From a virus, in IMG/VR virus record IMGVR_UViG_3300042922_000265, positions 64,001 through 128,000 of that record: a stretch of DNA of 64,000 bases. One strand, given 5' to 3'. The position numbers were made by a program, and so were the translations under genes. The notes under the pieces are model-generated. The model ran no database searches, was not told the origin of the DNA, and saw only the letters and a list, made by a program, of their open reading frames with translations. Of this stretch, positions 18,438 through 29,500 are shown in pieces (within the stretch, counting starts at the first letter, position 1; the number at the start of each line of letters is the position of its first letter).

Positions 18438-20153
18438 TCACTCTCCGATCAGGTCGTCAACCGAGGCCAACAGCGACTGGACGCTGTTGAGCCGGTGCGA
18501 GAAGTCCTCGTCGGCCTTGAACGGGGTACCCCCGAGAGCCTTGGAATCCATCGCCCAGTCGCGTGGGTTGTCGCTGTGGTTGGTCGGGCAGTGCGGGTCG
18601 TGCATCTCCTGGGGGCCTGCTGAGCAGTACTGGCAGCCCTTCCAGAGGTCCTCGGCGGCCTCACCACGGAAGGGACTGTCGTACGCCCCTCCGCTCTGCT
18701 GGTGGGGAAAGCTCTGACTCTGCACGATGCTGTCGAAGTCGTCGAACGCTCCCAGGTGCGCCATATGCGTCTGGACGAACTCATCCTGGGGATGCTGCGG
18801 GTGTGCGGCGATCCAGGTCGCCAGCGAGTTGTCCCACCAACCGCCCTGGCTGGCCAGGAACTCCAGGTAGGCGCGGCGGTTCCAGTTCGGAGTCTGCCGC
18901 AGATCCTGCTTCGGACGGCGAGGATCATCCCACCAGCCACCGCCCTGATCGCGCTGGTAACGCGGGATGGGGTTGGTCAGCGGACCCAGTCCCTGGTTGG
19001 GCTTGTCCGGGTTGAAGGTCTTGGGTGGGGTGCCGGGTTCGGGCAAACCCGCGCCCTTGCCAGCGGCGTCCACGTCGGCCTTGAACTTGGTCCACGGACC
19101 GGCCTGGACCTGCTTGGGCACCAGGTGCTTGTTCGGGTCGGGCTCGGCGGCGTTGATGCGCCGGGTGGCCTCCCAAGCCGCACGCGCGTGTAGGTCGTAG
19201 GACGGGTCGATGTGGCCCTTGTCCTTGCCCAGAGAGACCTTCTTGCCGAAGTAGGCCGGAGTCTCGTACTTCAGGCCAGCCAGATCGGCACCGTGCGGGG
19301 TGTTGCTCATCCTCACGTGGTGGGTGTCGATCGTGGAATCCTGGTCCGAACCCATGCGCCAGTCGGGCTCGCCCGTGGTCGGGTTGGTTGGGTGCTGGTA
19401 GTAGCCCGCGTCATCTTCATGACCGGGTCGCGGCTCGCGCAAGCTGGTGGGGTCCAGGATGTTCTTGGCGAAGGCGGAACGCTTCGGGCCGGTCAGGGCC
19501 TGACGCCAGCCGTCGCCCTCGGAGTGGAAGATCTGCTTGGCCGACTCGGTGTGGCTACCCATGCCGGGGACGGTGAAGTTGGGGTCGGACCCGTCGTAGT
19601 GGGTCAGGAAGTGGTGACCCTTCTCCAGGTTCTCGTCCCAGCCGGTCTTGGGGCTGTAGGCGCTCATGACGGCCACGGTCTTGCCATGGTCGCCGGTCGT
19701 CTTGGCCGCCAAGTCCTTGGTGGCATCGTGGGCGGCCTGGTACCAGACACGGCCTGCGTAGCCCTGCTCCGGGGTCATACCCTGCTGGTGGCTGATGTGG
19801 TTTTGAACCAGGTCCTCGAACGTGTGGCCCGAGCCGTTGAGCACACCCCACGGGTCATGCTCGGGGTCCTCGGTGGGGCGCTTCTTGCCCAGCTCCGAAG
19901 GATGTGGGATGTCGCTGGACATCGGTGGCCGGATCGGGGAGTGGAAGGCACCTCCGTTGCCGTTGCGCCAGTCCTGAGCAGTGAAGTCCCCGGACACGCC
20001 CTGCGGAGCTGGTGCTGCTTGCTGCTGGCCGTAGCCAGGGTTTTCCTGGCCGCGACCCGGTGGCTTACCGACCGGTACCGGCGGGATCGACGGTGCGGCG
20101 GTACGCCACGGGGACTGCATCGCGAACTGGTCGCGCGCGGTGGTGATACGCAT
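18438..20153 (-). CDS. Multi-domain protein with an alpha-helical DNA glycosylase-like (HhH) domain and a C-terminal Cys/His cluster
   Basis: Motifs GRVWY, SPKTGWDEN, GPKRSAFAKN, TIDTH, PKQVQAGPW; CQYC...HDPHC. Confidence 0.5.
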   Translation of the reverse strand: MRITTARDQFAMQSPWRTAAPSIPPVPVGKPPGRGQENPGYGQQQAAPAPQGVSGDFTAQDWRNGNGGAFHSPIRPPMSSDIPHPSELGKKRPTEDPEHDPWGVLNGSGHTFEDLVQNHISHQQGMTPEQGYAGRVWYQAAHDATKDLAAKTTGDHGKTVAVMSAYSPKTGWDENLEKGHHFLTHYDGSDPNFTVPGMGSHTESAKQIFHSEGDGWRQALTGPKRSAFAKNILDPTSLREPRPGHEDDAGYYQHPTNPTTGEPDWRMGSDQDSTIDTHHVRMSNTPHGADLAGLKYETPAYFGKKVSLGKDKGHIDPSYDLHARAAWEATRRINAAEPDPNKHLVPKQVQAGPWTKFKADVDAAGKGAGLPEPGTPPKTFNPDKPNQGLGPLTNPIPRYQRDQGGGWWDDPRRPKQDLRQTPNWNRRAYLEFLASQGGWWDNSLATWIAAHPQHPQDEFVQTHMAHLGAFDDFDSIVQSQSFPHQQSGGAYDSPFRGEAAEDLWKGCQYCSAGPQEMHDPHCPTNHSDNPRDWAMDSKALGGTPFKADEDFSHRLNSVQSLLASVDDLIGE

Positions 20154-20164
20154 GGAATGCCTCC

Positions 20165-20199
20165 TACTCCTTGAAGGCCCTCCCGCGCCGGTCTACAGG
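20165..20199 (-). promoter_or_regulatory. Putative late promoter
   Basis: CCTGT-N22-AAGGAGTA. Confidence 0.6.
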
Positions 20200-20201
20200 T
20201 T

Positions 20202-20393
20202 CTAATCGACCACGTCGATCTGCTGAACCACGCCGCTGTTCACAGCCTCGATCAGCCAATCGTGGGCATTGAACTGGTCAAGGAACTCTCCCTGAGTGGA
20301 GGTGTCCCAATCCGCTCTGGTCTCGGCTGTCGCCTTTCGCAGAATGGCGATCAGGGTGTAATAGGTGCCGTCTGCTGTCTTGTAAATCTTCAT
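20202..20393 (-). CDS. Hypothetical protein, leaderless
   Basis: ATG 20393 (MKIYKTADG) lies 6 nt after a TATAGT -10 box. Confidence 0.6.
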   Translation of the reverse strand: MKIYKTADGTYYTLIAILRKATAETRADWDTSTQGEFLDQFNAHDWLIEAVNSGVVQQIDVVD

Positions 20394-20399
20394 GGCTAT

Positions 20400-20428
20400 A
20401 CTATACCATGCTAGAACTTTATTTACAC
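20400..20428 (-). promoter_or_regulatory. SigA-like promoter with GTTCTAG spacer box
   Basis: GTGTAA-N17(GTTCTAG)-TATAGT, with TG extended -10. Confidence 0.6.
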
Positions 20429-21883
20429 TAGGCCGTTCACTCGCGCAGCGGGAACCATGATCTCGGCCAGCTGCTCGACGATCTTGGCGGCGTAGTACCG
20501 GTTGCCCACCTTGGTGGCGTGGATGCCATCGCGCTTGGACACCAGCTGGGCCTGCTGGGAGTTGGTCGGCACACCCTGCGTGCCCGTGGTCGACGGACCG
20601 TGTCCGGTCCACCAACGCTGCGCCGCGTCCGGGCCGAACCCGTTGATGTAGTAGGTGCGCGGACGCTCGCCTGCTGCGCGGATCTGCCCCTGCACGTGCG
20701 GGTAGGAGTCATCGTCGACTCGCGGCGGGCCGATGGCGTTGCCGAACAGGGTGTCATCGAACGGCTCGGGGCTGACGTGCACGATGGTGCAGTGCGGGTC
20801 CTGGGCGTGGGTCCAGTCGTAGACCTCCCCGGCGCGGTCGTACATCTGCTGCTCGGTGACGCCGCCGGAGCTGGCGTCGTTCCAGGTGCCATTGAGCAGG
20901 TAGACCAGCGGGCGCAGGCCCAAGGGCTGCCCGAAGTCCTCCCCGGCATGGTGAATGAAGGACTTGCCTCGGGCCGCCATCGCGCCCACGGCATTGGTCA
21001 TCCACCCACGGCGGCTGGCCGATGATGTCCTCGACACACCACCCACGGTGATCTGGATAAACGGCAGCGCCGGATGGAAAGAGGTGACCGACCCGATGGT
21101 GTCGTCAAAGATCTGGCCGACTCCGTTGACGAAGAATCCGGTGGCTCCCTGCGCACGGCGCGCCCAGGTCATACCGGTCATCTCGAACAGGTAGTCAATG
21201 ATGCCGTAGGTGAACCACCCGGTGACATTGTCGGCGGCCAGCGCCTGGGTGCCCTCAAAGTAGCTGTCGCCGTCAGCGATGCCGAACAGTCGCGGCGGAG
21301 CGGGCTCGACAATAGAGGTGCCGTCGGTGCGAATGGAGAAGAAGGCCGCCGCGCCCATCACCACCCGGATGCGGCCACAGTACGGCGCGGCAAAGGTGAT
21401 GTTGCGATAGCTCATGTCCCCGGATGTGCGGGTGACAATCAGGGGGTTTTCAGCCAGCTTCCAGGTGCCTCCGGCGTGCTCGATGTAGACCTGGATGTTG
21501 CCGCCGTATTCGGTGCCGCTGTTGTTGCCACCGCTGTTCCAGTGCGCGATAGAGAATCGGCTCCCGGTGAACAGGAACTCAAACTCGGTGACGTGCTGGT
21601 AGTGGTTGTTTACCAGTCCCGCAGCCTGAGCCGAGTAGACACGCGGTGTAGCGACGTTACGACAACCGCCATAGGTCTGAGGCCCGAAGAAGGATGCGCG
21701 GATGTCGCGCTCCCACTTTTGACCCTGGATGTTGAAATGCAGCTTGGCGTCACTCCACTTGTACTCAGCCTGGCTGGTGTAGGTGGTCGCGGTGTTGCTG
21801 ATGACATCAGCCGAAACGATGCCGCTGGGCAGAACACCCCTGACGGGCTTGAAGTAATCACCCAGACGAACCATCGCTGTCAT
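20423..21883 (-). CDS. SGNH/GDSL hydrolase-domain virion protein
   Basis: Block motifs GDS, GATG, GTWND and DGIH are all intact. Confidence 0.75.
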   Translation of the reverse strand: MTAMVRLGDYFKPVRGVLPSGIVSADVISNTATTYTSQAEYKWSDAKLHFNIQGQKWERDIRASFFGPQTYGGCRNVATPRVYSAQAAGLVNNHYQHVTEFEFLFTGSRFSIAHWNSGGNNSGTEYGGNIQVYIEHAGGTWKLAENPLIVTRTSGDMSYRNITFAAPYCGRIRVVMGAAAFFSIRTDGTSIVEPAPPRLFGIADGDSYFEGTQALAADNVTGWFTYGIIDYLFEMTGMTWARRAQGATGFFVNGVGQIFDDTIGSVTSFHPALPFIQITVGGVSRTSSASRRGWMTNAVGAMAARGKSFIHHAGEDFGQPLGLRPLVYLLNGTWNDASSGGVTEQQMYDRAGEVYDWTHAQDPHCTIVHVSPEPFDDTLFGNAIGPPRVDDDSYPHVQGQIRAAGERPRTYYINGFGPDAAQRWWTGHGPSTTGTQGVPTNSQQAQLVSKRDGIHATKVGNRYYAAKIVEQLAEIMVPAARVNGLV

Positions 21884-23133
21884 CGCTGCCCCCTTGCACG
21901 AGGCAGGTCAACATTGATGGCGGCCAGAAGGTTGGCGATCTTGGCAGCCAAGTAGGCGAACCCCTGATCGTTGGGCGTCGCACCATCCGCGCCAATGAGG
22001 CCCGCCTGCTGGCTGGTGGTAGGTGAACCGTTGGAACCCGCGCCCGTCCACCACGGCGCAGTGGGACCAAAGGCGTTGATGTAGACGGCCTTGGGGGTCT
22101 TGGCCACAGCCGCCGCCTGTTCGATCCGGTTGTAATCGTGACCAGAGGACGGTGACGGCGGTCCGGTCAGTGTTCCGGCCACGCCTGCGCCCGCGAAAGG
22201 CATGGGAGATACGTGCACAATCGTCACGTGACGATCGAGCCCCCTGATCCACTGAAGGCAGTCCAACGCGCGGGTGGCCATCGGTCCGGTCGGAGACCCC
22301 GTAGCACTGCCCCTGCCACCGTCCTCCAACGTGCCCACCAGGAGGAAGAACAGCGGCTTGGCGGCCAGGTCGTCGCCCAGCAGCACCTTGCGCGCGGCGG
22401 AGAACCACCGGGTAGCCCCACTGGGTCCTGTCGTGTCAGCGGTGACCGTCCCCGAGCCGTTGTAGAAGAACCCGGACTGGTAGCCACGACGCGCCCAGAC
22501 GATTCCGGTGCGCTCGAACAGATAGTCGCAGAGCCCGCCAGTCAGAAACGAGGTGCCCGACGCCTGCTTGATACCTGCGCCGTCCACCCACTTGTCACCG
22601 TCGCAGACGCCGAACGCGCGATCGGGAGAGGGCTTGATGATGGCGGACTGCTCGCAGCCGACGCCGACGAAAGCACCGCCGCCCAAGACGAAGCGGATGC
22701 GGCCATGGAAGGGCGCGGCGAAGACGATGCGCCGGTACATCAGGCCGGTGGTGGTCCCCGTCAGCGGTGCGGCCTTGGCCTTGTACATCTGGCCGCCGAC
22801 CTCGATGTAGACCTGGCTGTCGTAATAGTCCGACCCGACGAAAGCAATGTCCAGGATGGTTCCGGTGAACTCGAACTCGGTCTCGATGATGTGGGTGACC
22901 CCGGTACGGTCACTGGCCGCATTGGCGACACCATCAGCGTCACCGGCTCCCGCGTCCTGCCAGCGCTGGCCCTGGGTATTGAAGCTGGCCGCGCTCGACC
23001 GCGCGTAGATCGTGGCGGGATTGACGAAAGTCTGAGCCGTGGCATTGTATTCATCGGTGGTGAGGATGCCAGCGGGGATCAACCCGCCGATGGGCTTGAA
23101 GTACTGGCTGGCCCTGCCGGTGTTGGTGATCAT
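21880..23133 (-). CDS. Degenerate SGNH-fold paralog
   Basis: Aligns by eye to the downstream gene, but GDS is GDK, GTWND is GTLED and DGIH is DGAT. Confidence 0.65.
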   Translation of the reverse strand: MITNTGRASQYFKPIGGLIPAGILTTDEYNATAQTFVNPATIYARSSAASFNTQGQRWQDAGAGDADGVANAASDRTGVTHIIETEFEFTGTILDIAFVGSDYYDSQVYIEVGGQMYKAKAAPLTGTTTGLMYRRIVFAAPFHGRIRFVLGGGAFVGVGCEQSAIIKPSPDRAFGVCDGDKWVDGAGIKQASGTSFLTGGLCDYLFERTGIVWARRGYQSGFFYNGSGTVTADTTGPSGATRWFSAARKVLLGDDLAAKPLFFLLVGTLEDGGRGSATGSPTGPMATRALDCLQWIRGLDRHVTIVHVSPMPFAGAGVAGTLTGPPSPSSGHDYNRIEQAAAVAKTPKAVYINAFGPTAPWWTGAGSNGSPTTSQQAGLIGADGATPNDQGFAYLAAKIANLLAAINVDLPRARGQR

Positions 23134-24473
23134 CAGACACCCACCATCAGCAGGTCGTAGACGTAGACCTGTCCCGGTTCCAACTCGCCCGCCACCTTGA
23201 GCACCGCATTCGTGGTACTCGTGGTCTCGACATAGGGGAACGTGGCCGCAGTCAGTGCGCCTTGAGGGCTCACCGCGACGTATGGACGCACCGTGAAGCC
23301 GTCCAGAACCAGGGTGGCCAGGGTGCCAAACGACACCGGCCCGGTGCCAGTGGTGATAGAGATGCGGTAGGCCAAGCGAATGCCCTCGGCCTCGTAGGTG
23401 GCACCGACGCCCGCATTGGCATGCAAGGTGATCGTCGGCAGGTCACCTTCGGCGCTGAGAACCTCGTAGACCTGGGCCAATGTGACGTCCGCGCCGTCGG
23501 CTCCAGCAGCTCCAGTGGCACCCGTGTTTCCAGTGTCACCCTTGGGTCCCTGGATACCCTGAGGCCCCTGGGCTCCAGCGGCACCGGTATCGCCGGTATC
23601 ACCCTTATCGCCCTTGGGGCCTGTCGCGCCAGTCGCTCCGACCTGGCCCTGAGGTCCTTGAGCGCCCTGCAGACCGTCAGGCCCGATGGGTCCCTGGGGT
23701 CCCTGGCTGCCGGTAGGTCCGGTGGGGCCGACGTCCCCGGTGTCACCCTTGGCACCGGTCGCCCCGGTGGGTCCGGTAGGCCCGGTCTGGCCTACGGGAC
23801 CTTGTGCTCCGGTAGGTCCTGCTGCCCCGGTGTTGCCGGTGGGACCCTGAGGTCCCTGGTTGCCCGTGTCGCCCTTTGGTCCCGTGGCTCCGGTAGGTCC
23901 TGCCGGTCCGGTCAGTCCTCGCTCACCACGCAGGCCGGTGCTGCCTGTGGCTCCCGCTGGTCCGGTGGCTCCGGTGCTGCCTGCTGCCCCCTGGTCGCCC
24001 TTGAGACCGCGTTCTCCCCGGTCTCCCGTGGCACCCTTGGGTCCAGTAGCTCCGGTAGCTCCAGCTGGCCCTGTGAGGCCCCTCTCACCGCGATCACCCT
24101 TGTCACCCTTGGGTCCACGCGCACCAGTCGCGCCGGTATCGCCCTTGATGCCCTGAAGGCCACGCTCACCGCGTGCGCCGGTCTCACCGGGTAGTCCTCG
24201 CGGCCCAGTCGGTCCTGGAGGCCCCTGGGGGCCGGTATCACCCTTCGGTCCGCCTGGTGTGCCGGGTGGCCCCGGTGGGCCAGCAGGACCTTGCGGTCCC
24301 ATGGTCTCCACTCGGACGACGGTGGGACTGGCCGGGACGCTGTCGACCTGCTTGAGGCCCTCCGCCGGGGGATTCCTGATAACCCAGCCGCCGTTGGAGA
24401 GCTTCACGCTCCACAATCTGGTCAGCTTGGAGTAGCTCCACTCCCGACCCTGTTCGTCAACCCACTTGGCCAC
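23133..24473 (-). CDS. Collagen-like fibre protein
   Basis: About 90 Gly-X-Y triplets. Probable GTG start at 24473 after GGAGG. Confidence 0.85.
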   Translation of the reverse strand: MAKWVDEQGREWSYSKLTRLWSVKLSNGGWVIRNPPAEGLKQVDSVPASPTVVRVETMGPQGPAGPPGPPGTPGGPKGDTGPQGPPGPTGPRGLPGETGARGERGLQGIKGDTGATGARGPKGDKGDRGERGLTGPAGATGATGPKGATGDRGERGLKGDQGAAGSTGATGPAGATGSTGLRGERGLTGPAGPTGATGPKGDTGNQGPQGPTGNTGAAGPTGAQGPVGQTGPTGPTGATGAKGDTGDVGPTGPTGSQGPQGPIGPDGLQGAQGPQGQVGATGATGPKGDKGDTGDTGAAGAQGPQGIQGPKGDTGNTGATGAAGADGADVTLAQVYEVLSAEGDLPTITLHANAGVGATYEAEGIRLAYRISITTGTGPVSFGTLATLVLDGFTVRPYVAVSPQGALTAATFPYVETTSTTNAVLKVAGELEPGQVYVYDLLMVGV

Positions 24474-24485
24474 AGTGACCTCCTC

Positions 24486-24520
24486 CACCTATTACGGGTG
24501 GAGGAGGGTGTGCTGGCAGG
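24486..24520 (-). promoter_or_regulatory. Putative late promoter
   Basis: CCTGC-N22-AATAGGTG. Confidence 0.65.
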
Positions 24521-24880
24521 TCAAGCCTTTCGTGTCGAGATGACCAGCAGGTCCCGGATGAACCGGACCAGCATGCACAGTCCCAGAGACCCGGACAAGA
24601 CGACCTCCAGAACGTAGCCCCGCTCCTGGAAGAGCAACACGGAAAATCGACTCACCGTGTAGGCCATGGCCAGGTCACCAGCGGCGCACAGCAGCGCAGA
24701 CTTGCGGGTGTCGATGACGTATCCCACCAGGACGATCAACGGCGCAGCGACATAGACGATGGCTCGTTGCTGAAAGCCCTCGGTGATGACGGTGTGCACG
24801 CCCCAGAACCAGATCAGCAGGTACACCACGAACTGGTACAAGAAGATCTGCTCAATGGTGATGTGCAGTCGCTTCAGCAT
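24521..24880 (-). CDS. Multi-pass membrane protein
   Basis: 119 aa, about four hydrophobic segments, AGGAG RBS. Confidence 0.6.
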   Translation of the reverse strand: MLKRLHITIEQIFLYQFVVYLLIWFWGVHTVITEGFQQRAIVYVAAPLIVLVGYVIDTRKSALLCAAGDLAMAYTVSRFSVLLFQERGYVLEVVLSGSLGLCMLVRFIRDLLVISTRKA

Positions 24881-24916
24881 AAGGGTTTCTCCTCCTACCT
24901 ATTCCAGGACGAGGAA

Positions 24917-24952
24917 CAAGAAAACCCCCCACGCCGTAGCGCGAGGGGTTCT
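24917..24952 (-). terminator. Intrinsic terminator after the major capsid gene
   Basis: AACCCCTCGCGC/GCGTGGGGGGTT stem followed by TTCTTG. Confidence 0.7.
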
Positions 24953-24962
24953 CCTGAGGTGC

Positions 24963-25970
24963 TTACGCCTTGCGGAGGATGACGATACCGCGAGGGTTGA
25001 GGATGGCCATACCGACCAGCTCGTCCATGACCCAGCCCTTGTGGAACTGCTCGACCATGTTGTTCTCCTCGACGTCCAAGGAGTACATGACCGGGAACAC
25101 GCCGAGGAACTGCGGCTCCGGGGTCAGGTAGACAGTGCCACGCGGGATGATGATCGACTTGCCGATCTGGAACTCGCCGAACTGCACGATGCGCTCACCG
25201 GCCACCACGGAGTCCTTGAAGGCCCAACCGGTGGTGTTGATGTCCCACCGGTACAGGTCGCGGTATTCCTGGGGGTTGGCCAGGAGGCGCGAGCTGTCCA
25301 GCTGACGCTGGTCGGTGTAGGTGACTGCGGTGTAGAGATCGTCGGGCATGAGGTGCGTGCCTGCGATGGTGATCTCGTTCGGCAGTGCGCCGCCGCCGGG
25401 GCCGGGGACAGCCGAGGCGTCCACGACACGGTAGCTGACGGCTGCAGCCTCCAGCAGCGTCACGAGGCGCGAGTCCTCCTGGCGCATGATGGCCTGCTTG
25501 GTCATGTCCTGCGTGTACTCCACGATGTTGCTGCGGAGGTAGTACAGGTCTTCCTTCTTGATCTGCGGGAAGGACGCGATGCGGAACAGCTGGACCTCGA
25601 CACGCTTGCCCTCGAACGGCGTGATCTTGATCTCGCCCTCGTTGCCGTGCAGCATGTAAGCCTGGCCGAGGTCGTCCAGCACGTCGTACTGGATCGGGAT
25701 ACCCGGCGTCAGGGTGTCCTCCAGCAGCACGTTACGCAGGATGCCCTGGTAGCGGAGCTGCAGCTGGATTGGGCCGATCATCGACTGACCGAGGCGCTGG
25801 ATGCCGCCGACCTTGTCGCTCAGGATGTGAGCGAGCTTGGTCTGCTTCTCCTGCGTGGAGAGCTTGCGCCCTGCCATGCGGCGCTTGGCCTGCACGATGT
25901 CAGCGACGTAGTCGTCACTGCTCTTGGCGAAACGGCCCAGGCCGCTGCCAACTGCGGTTGGGAGACTCAT
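24963..25970 (-). CDS. Major capsid protein
   Basis: 335 aa, follows scaffold and decoration genes, strong codon bias, terminator downstream. Resembles recalled cluster C capsid proteins. Confidence 0.85.
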   Translation of the reverse strand: MSLPTAVGSGLGRFAKSSDDYVADIVQAKRRMAGRKLSTQEKQTKLAHILSDKVGGIQRLGQSMIGPIQLQLRYQGILRNVLLEDTLTPGIPIQYDVLDDLGQAYMLHGNEGEIKITPFEGKRVEVQLFRIASFPQIKKEDLYYLRSNIVEYTQDMTKQAIMRQEDSRLVTLLEAAAVSYRVVDASAVPGPGGGALPNEITIAGTHLMPDDLYTAVTYTDQRQLDSSRLLANPQEYRDLYRWDINTTGWAFKDSVVAGERIVQFGEFQIGKSIIIPRGTVYLTPEPQFLGVFPVMYSLDVEENNMVEQFHKGWVMDELVGMAILNPRGIVILRKA

Positions 25971-26512
25971 TAGCTGCCACCTCCCAGGTTGCCGCCGGTA
26001 CCCAGGTCGTACTGGTTGAGGCGGACCACGATCTTGTCGGTCGACGGGATGTCGATCAGCTCGGCGATGACGTTCGCGCTGGTGACACCCGCCGGGGTCA
26101 GCTGACCCTGAGCGTTGGCGGTCAGCATGAAGCGTCCCGGACCGGTGGCCTCAGGCCAGTCGGCTTCGGTGTCGAAGGCCGGTGCGAGGATCTCGAACAC
26201 GGCCTGGTTGCCGCCCACCCATACGGTGAACAGTCCGGTGCCGCTACCGGTGACCTCGTTGACCTCGTGACCGTTGTATCCGCCGGTGTTGACGAACAGG
26301 GCCGAGAGGCCGAATGGGGTAGTGCCTGCCTCACCCGTGTACGGGGCGAAGACCTCTCCGTACACGCGCTGCATCACGGTGCCGGGGTAGATGTCGAAGT
26401 CGACATCCAGGTCGGGGTCAAGGAACCCGCCCCAGGGCGTTGCCTGGTGGTTGGCGTACAGCGGACGAAGGGTCCGCTTCTGCGCCGGGTTACTCAGTGG
26501 TGGCCTGAACAC
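25970..26512 (-). CDS. Capsid decoration protein
   Basis: 180 aa, beta-tulip-like size, directly upstream of the capsid gene. Confidence 0.65.
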   Translation of the reverse strand: MFRPPLSNPAQKRTLRPLYANHQATPWGGFLDPDLDVDFDIYPGTVMQRVYGEVFAPYTGEAGTTPFGLSALFVNTGGYNGHEVNEVTGSGTGLFTVWVGGNQAVFEILAPAFDTEADWPEATGPGRFMLTANAQGQLTPAGVTSANVIAELIDIPSTDKIVVRLNQYDLGTGGNLGGGS

Positions 26513-26552
26513 GATTCAACTCCTTTCATGACTCGTTGAAGCCTGCGGCTGA

Positions 26553-29500
26553 TTAGCCGAACATCAGGCTGTCGTTGCTGGGATCGTTTGCCGCGACCAC
26601 TCGGCCTGCAGTCCGAGGCGAGGTGGTTCCGCCCTGGCTGATTCCTGGTGGTACTGGCGATGCGGTCCCGCGAGTCCTTCCGCTGGCGACCTTCTGTGCA
26701 ACCCGCTCGTGATCCGCCTGGCGAACCATGGCGAAACGCTCGGCGAGCGCGGTGCGGTCCATGATCAGACCGCGTGACATCTTCTCGAACTGCGCGGCGA
26801 GCTGGTACTTCCGCTCGCGCGTGTTCTGCTCCAGACCGGCAGCGATCATGGCTTCCGCGCAGCGGATTGCCAGGATGCCGTCGGCCTTGGCGGCGCTCTT
26901 GTTCGGGGCCTGCCCCGGAGCAAAGTTCTGACCGGTGCTCAGGTCCGGGTCGGCGAGATCGTCGCCCGCGTTGTTCGCGTAGCCCTTCTCGTCGAACTGG
27001 CTGTCCTGAGACTCTTCCGGGTTGGTGTTGCTGACCGGAGCCGGGACGCTGATGCGATCATCCGGCGCGGCGGTCTCAAGATCCACTGCCTTCTTGCGCA
27101 CGGGCTGTCCCTTCTTCTCGGCCTCAACCTTTCGGGCCTGTCGCAGTGCCAAACCCAGTGCCGGGTACATCGACTCGACCTTGATCTTGTTGTAGGCCGC
27201 GAACTGGCGAGCCGCCCGGTCGATGTTCTTCGGGCTGTGCTGGCGGGCCGACTTGCCGGTGCTGGCGGTCAGCCAGCGATCGAAGACCTGGAAGGTGCGC
27301 AGGCTCGACTCCTTGGCACCAGGGTCGGTGCGCTGGGCGTCAGCGTTCGGGTCGGCGCTCTCAAAGTGATCGCCGGTCAGCTCTTCGCTGGCCGAGTCCT
27401 GAACGGTCGGGTTGACCTCGGTGGCCACCGGGCCTCCGGCATCGCTGCCGTCTGCCTTGAAGGTACGACCGGCGATGCGGGCGTACTCGCGTGCGGTGGC
27501 CTCCAGCTCACGCTTCTGCTGGGCCAGCTTGGCGGTCAGGCTCTTGGCGTACGCCTCGTCGGCCACCAGGTTGTCCTCGGTATTCGAGATCTCCTGGCCG
27601 TCCTTGGGGGTGCTGGCCTCTTCCTCTGCAGGGGTCTCCGTAATGAAGATCTCTTCCTGCTCGCCCTGATCGTTGCGACCGAACGGTCCACCGTCAGTGT
27701 GTGGTCCCTCCGCGAAGTGCGAAGTGCCCGCCGTCTTCCGGCGCGTTGCCAAGGTGCTGCGCTGTGCCATGTTGGCGGTTCCTTTCACGGTGTTCCTACT
27801 GCTTCCAGATTCTGCGGACATTTTTTCCAGGGTCCACAGGGCTGCCTCCCGGTTGAAGTCAGCCTTCTCTTCCGGCGTCAGGTCGCGACCTGCGGTGATG
27901 GCGTCCCACCAATTCGCAACCCTGTGGCCGTAGTAACGCTCCATCCAAGCCAGCTCGTGGCCTGACATCGCGCCGCGCAGCGCGAAGGTCTGCATCGGCA
28001 CCTGCGGCGGCGGTGCGCCCGCTGCCCCTCCGGTGCCGGGGATCGGGATCTTGAGCGTCATGTACTCGGTGGTGTCGACCGGTCCTGCCGGTGGCACCGG
28101 GCCGCCACCCTCGGCGGGTCCAGGGACGCCGCCGCCGTTCGGGTTGCCCATGGCCTCCGGGTTGGGACCCATACCCTGCTGCTCGTCCTCGGCCTGCTCG
28201 CGGTCCAGCTGGTTGGCTTGGGACAGATCAGGCATCGACAGCTCGTCAGGGCTCTCGACGTAGTGGTGGAAGTCGTCGTTGTCGTCCTCGGGGGCCGAGC
28301 CCTCCTCGCGGAGAGTGTCGACCGCCTGCGGGGCCTCGATCTCGCCCCATGCACGCTTCATGATCATGTCGCGCACCTCCTTCTTGAATGAGGCCGTGAT
28401 GACGCCGGTGTGCGACACATAATCGGCTTTGCGGAAGTCATGCAGGCCAGCGGTGCGCAGTGCGCGGACCAGCCGACCTGCAGCGCGATCTTGTAGCGGA
28501 CCGGTGTGCACGTGGTCCATATGGTTCTGGGTCGGGTCGCCCCGATCCTCCATTGGCTCGGTACGACCGTCTGGGTAGTGCATCTGCTGCTGCCAGATGA
28601 CGTACGGTGCGCCGTTCTCGAACGCGGTGGACTTGACCTGCTCGGCCACCGCCGGGTCGGTGGTCATGTAGTCCAAAGCGCCGTTGTTGTGCTCGTCGAA
28701 CCCGTCGCCGCCGGGGCGGTATCCACCGATCTCGTTGTCAGCGGGGTCCAGGCCCTCCAGGGCGTCGTGCAGGCCGCGCGAGATGTCCATGATGCCGTCG
28801 TCACCGACGCCACCGCTGGAGGAAGCTGCCGCTGCGGGATCACCCAGTTCGCCACCGCCGATCGCGTTGCCGACACCAGCTCCGCCACCGCTGGTGGTGC
28901 CACCACCCGAGCTGCCACCCGAGCCGTCATAGATCGGGCTGTCGCCACGCGCCTTGGACATCTGCTCGGTCTCGCAGGTCTGTCCTGGTGGGCATTCTGC
29001 ACCATGGATGTGCTTGCGCTTACCCACGATGACCTTGGAGGCCACAGCAGTCTCGTCTGCGGGGTCGAAGACGTAGCTCAGCTCAAAGAAGCTGAGCTTG
29101 TGGCAGGACTCGTAGACCAGCTTCTGCTCCATCTTGCCGGTCTTCTTGTTGCGGATGTTGATCCGCTCGCCCTTCTGCGCGAGGACGTGGTAGCACATGT
29201 CCTCCATATCCTGGGCCTTGTTGCCGCAGGCTGAGCAGATAGTAAACCCGGCCTCTGCTCCCATGGAGACGGAATCGAGTCCACCGGTCTTGATCTCGTT
29301 GGCCAGCAGAGGGAACCGCTGGGCGTCGATCTCCTGGACAACCTCAATGTACTTGTCTCGACCGTTCTCGATGTAGCGGGATGCTACAACGACACCGCGC
29401 GCCTCGTTGGGATCGTAATTTTCGTGGTTGACGAAGACGGGCTTACCCACGAAGGTGTGCGCGGCCTCTCGCAGCTCGTTGCTGGGCCAGCCGTCAAAGT

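Noticed and set aside
23500-24300. Periodic nucleotide repeats as a DNA repeat element
   Set aside because: Explained by Gly-X-Y collagen coding.
24896-24930. AATAGGTA as a twelfth late promoter
   Set aside because: The downstream element matches, but CCTGY is absent 22 nt upstream, where the terminator stem lies. Not counted.
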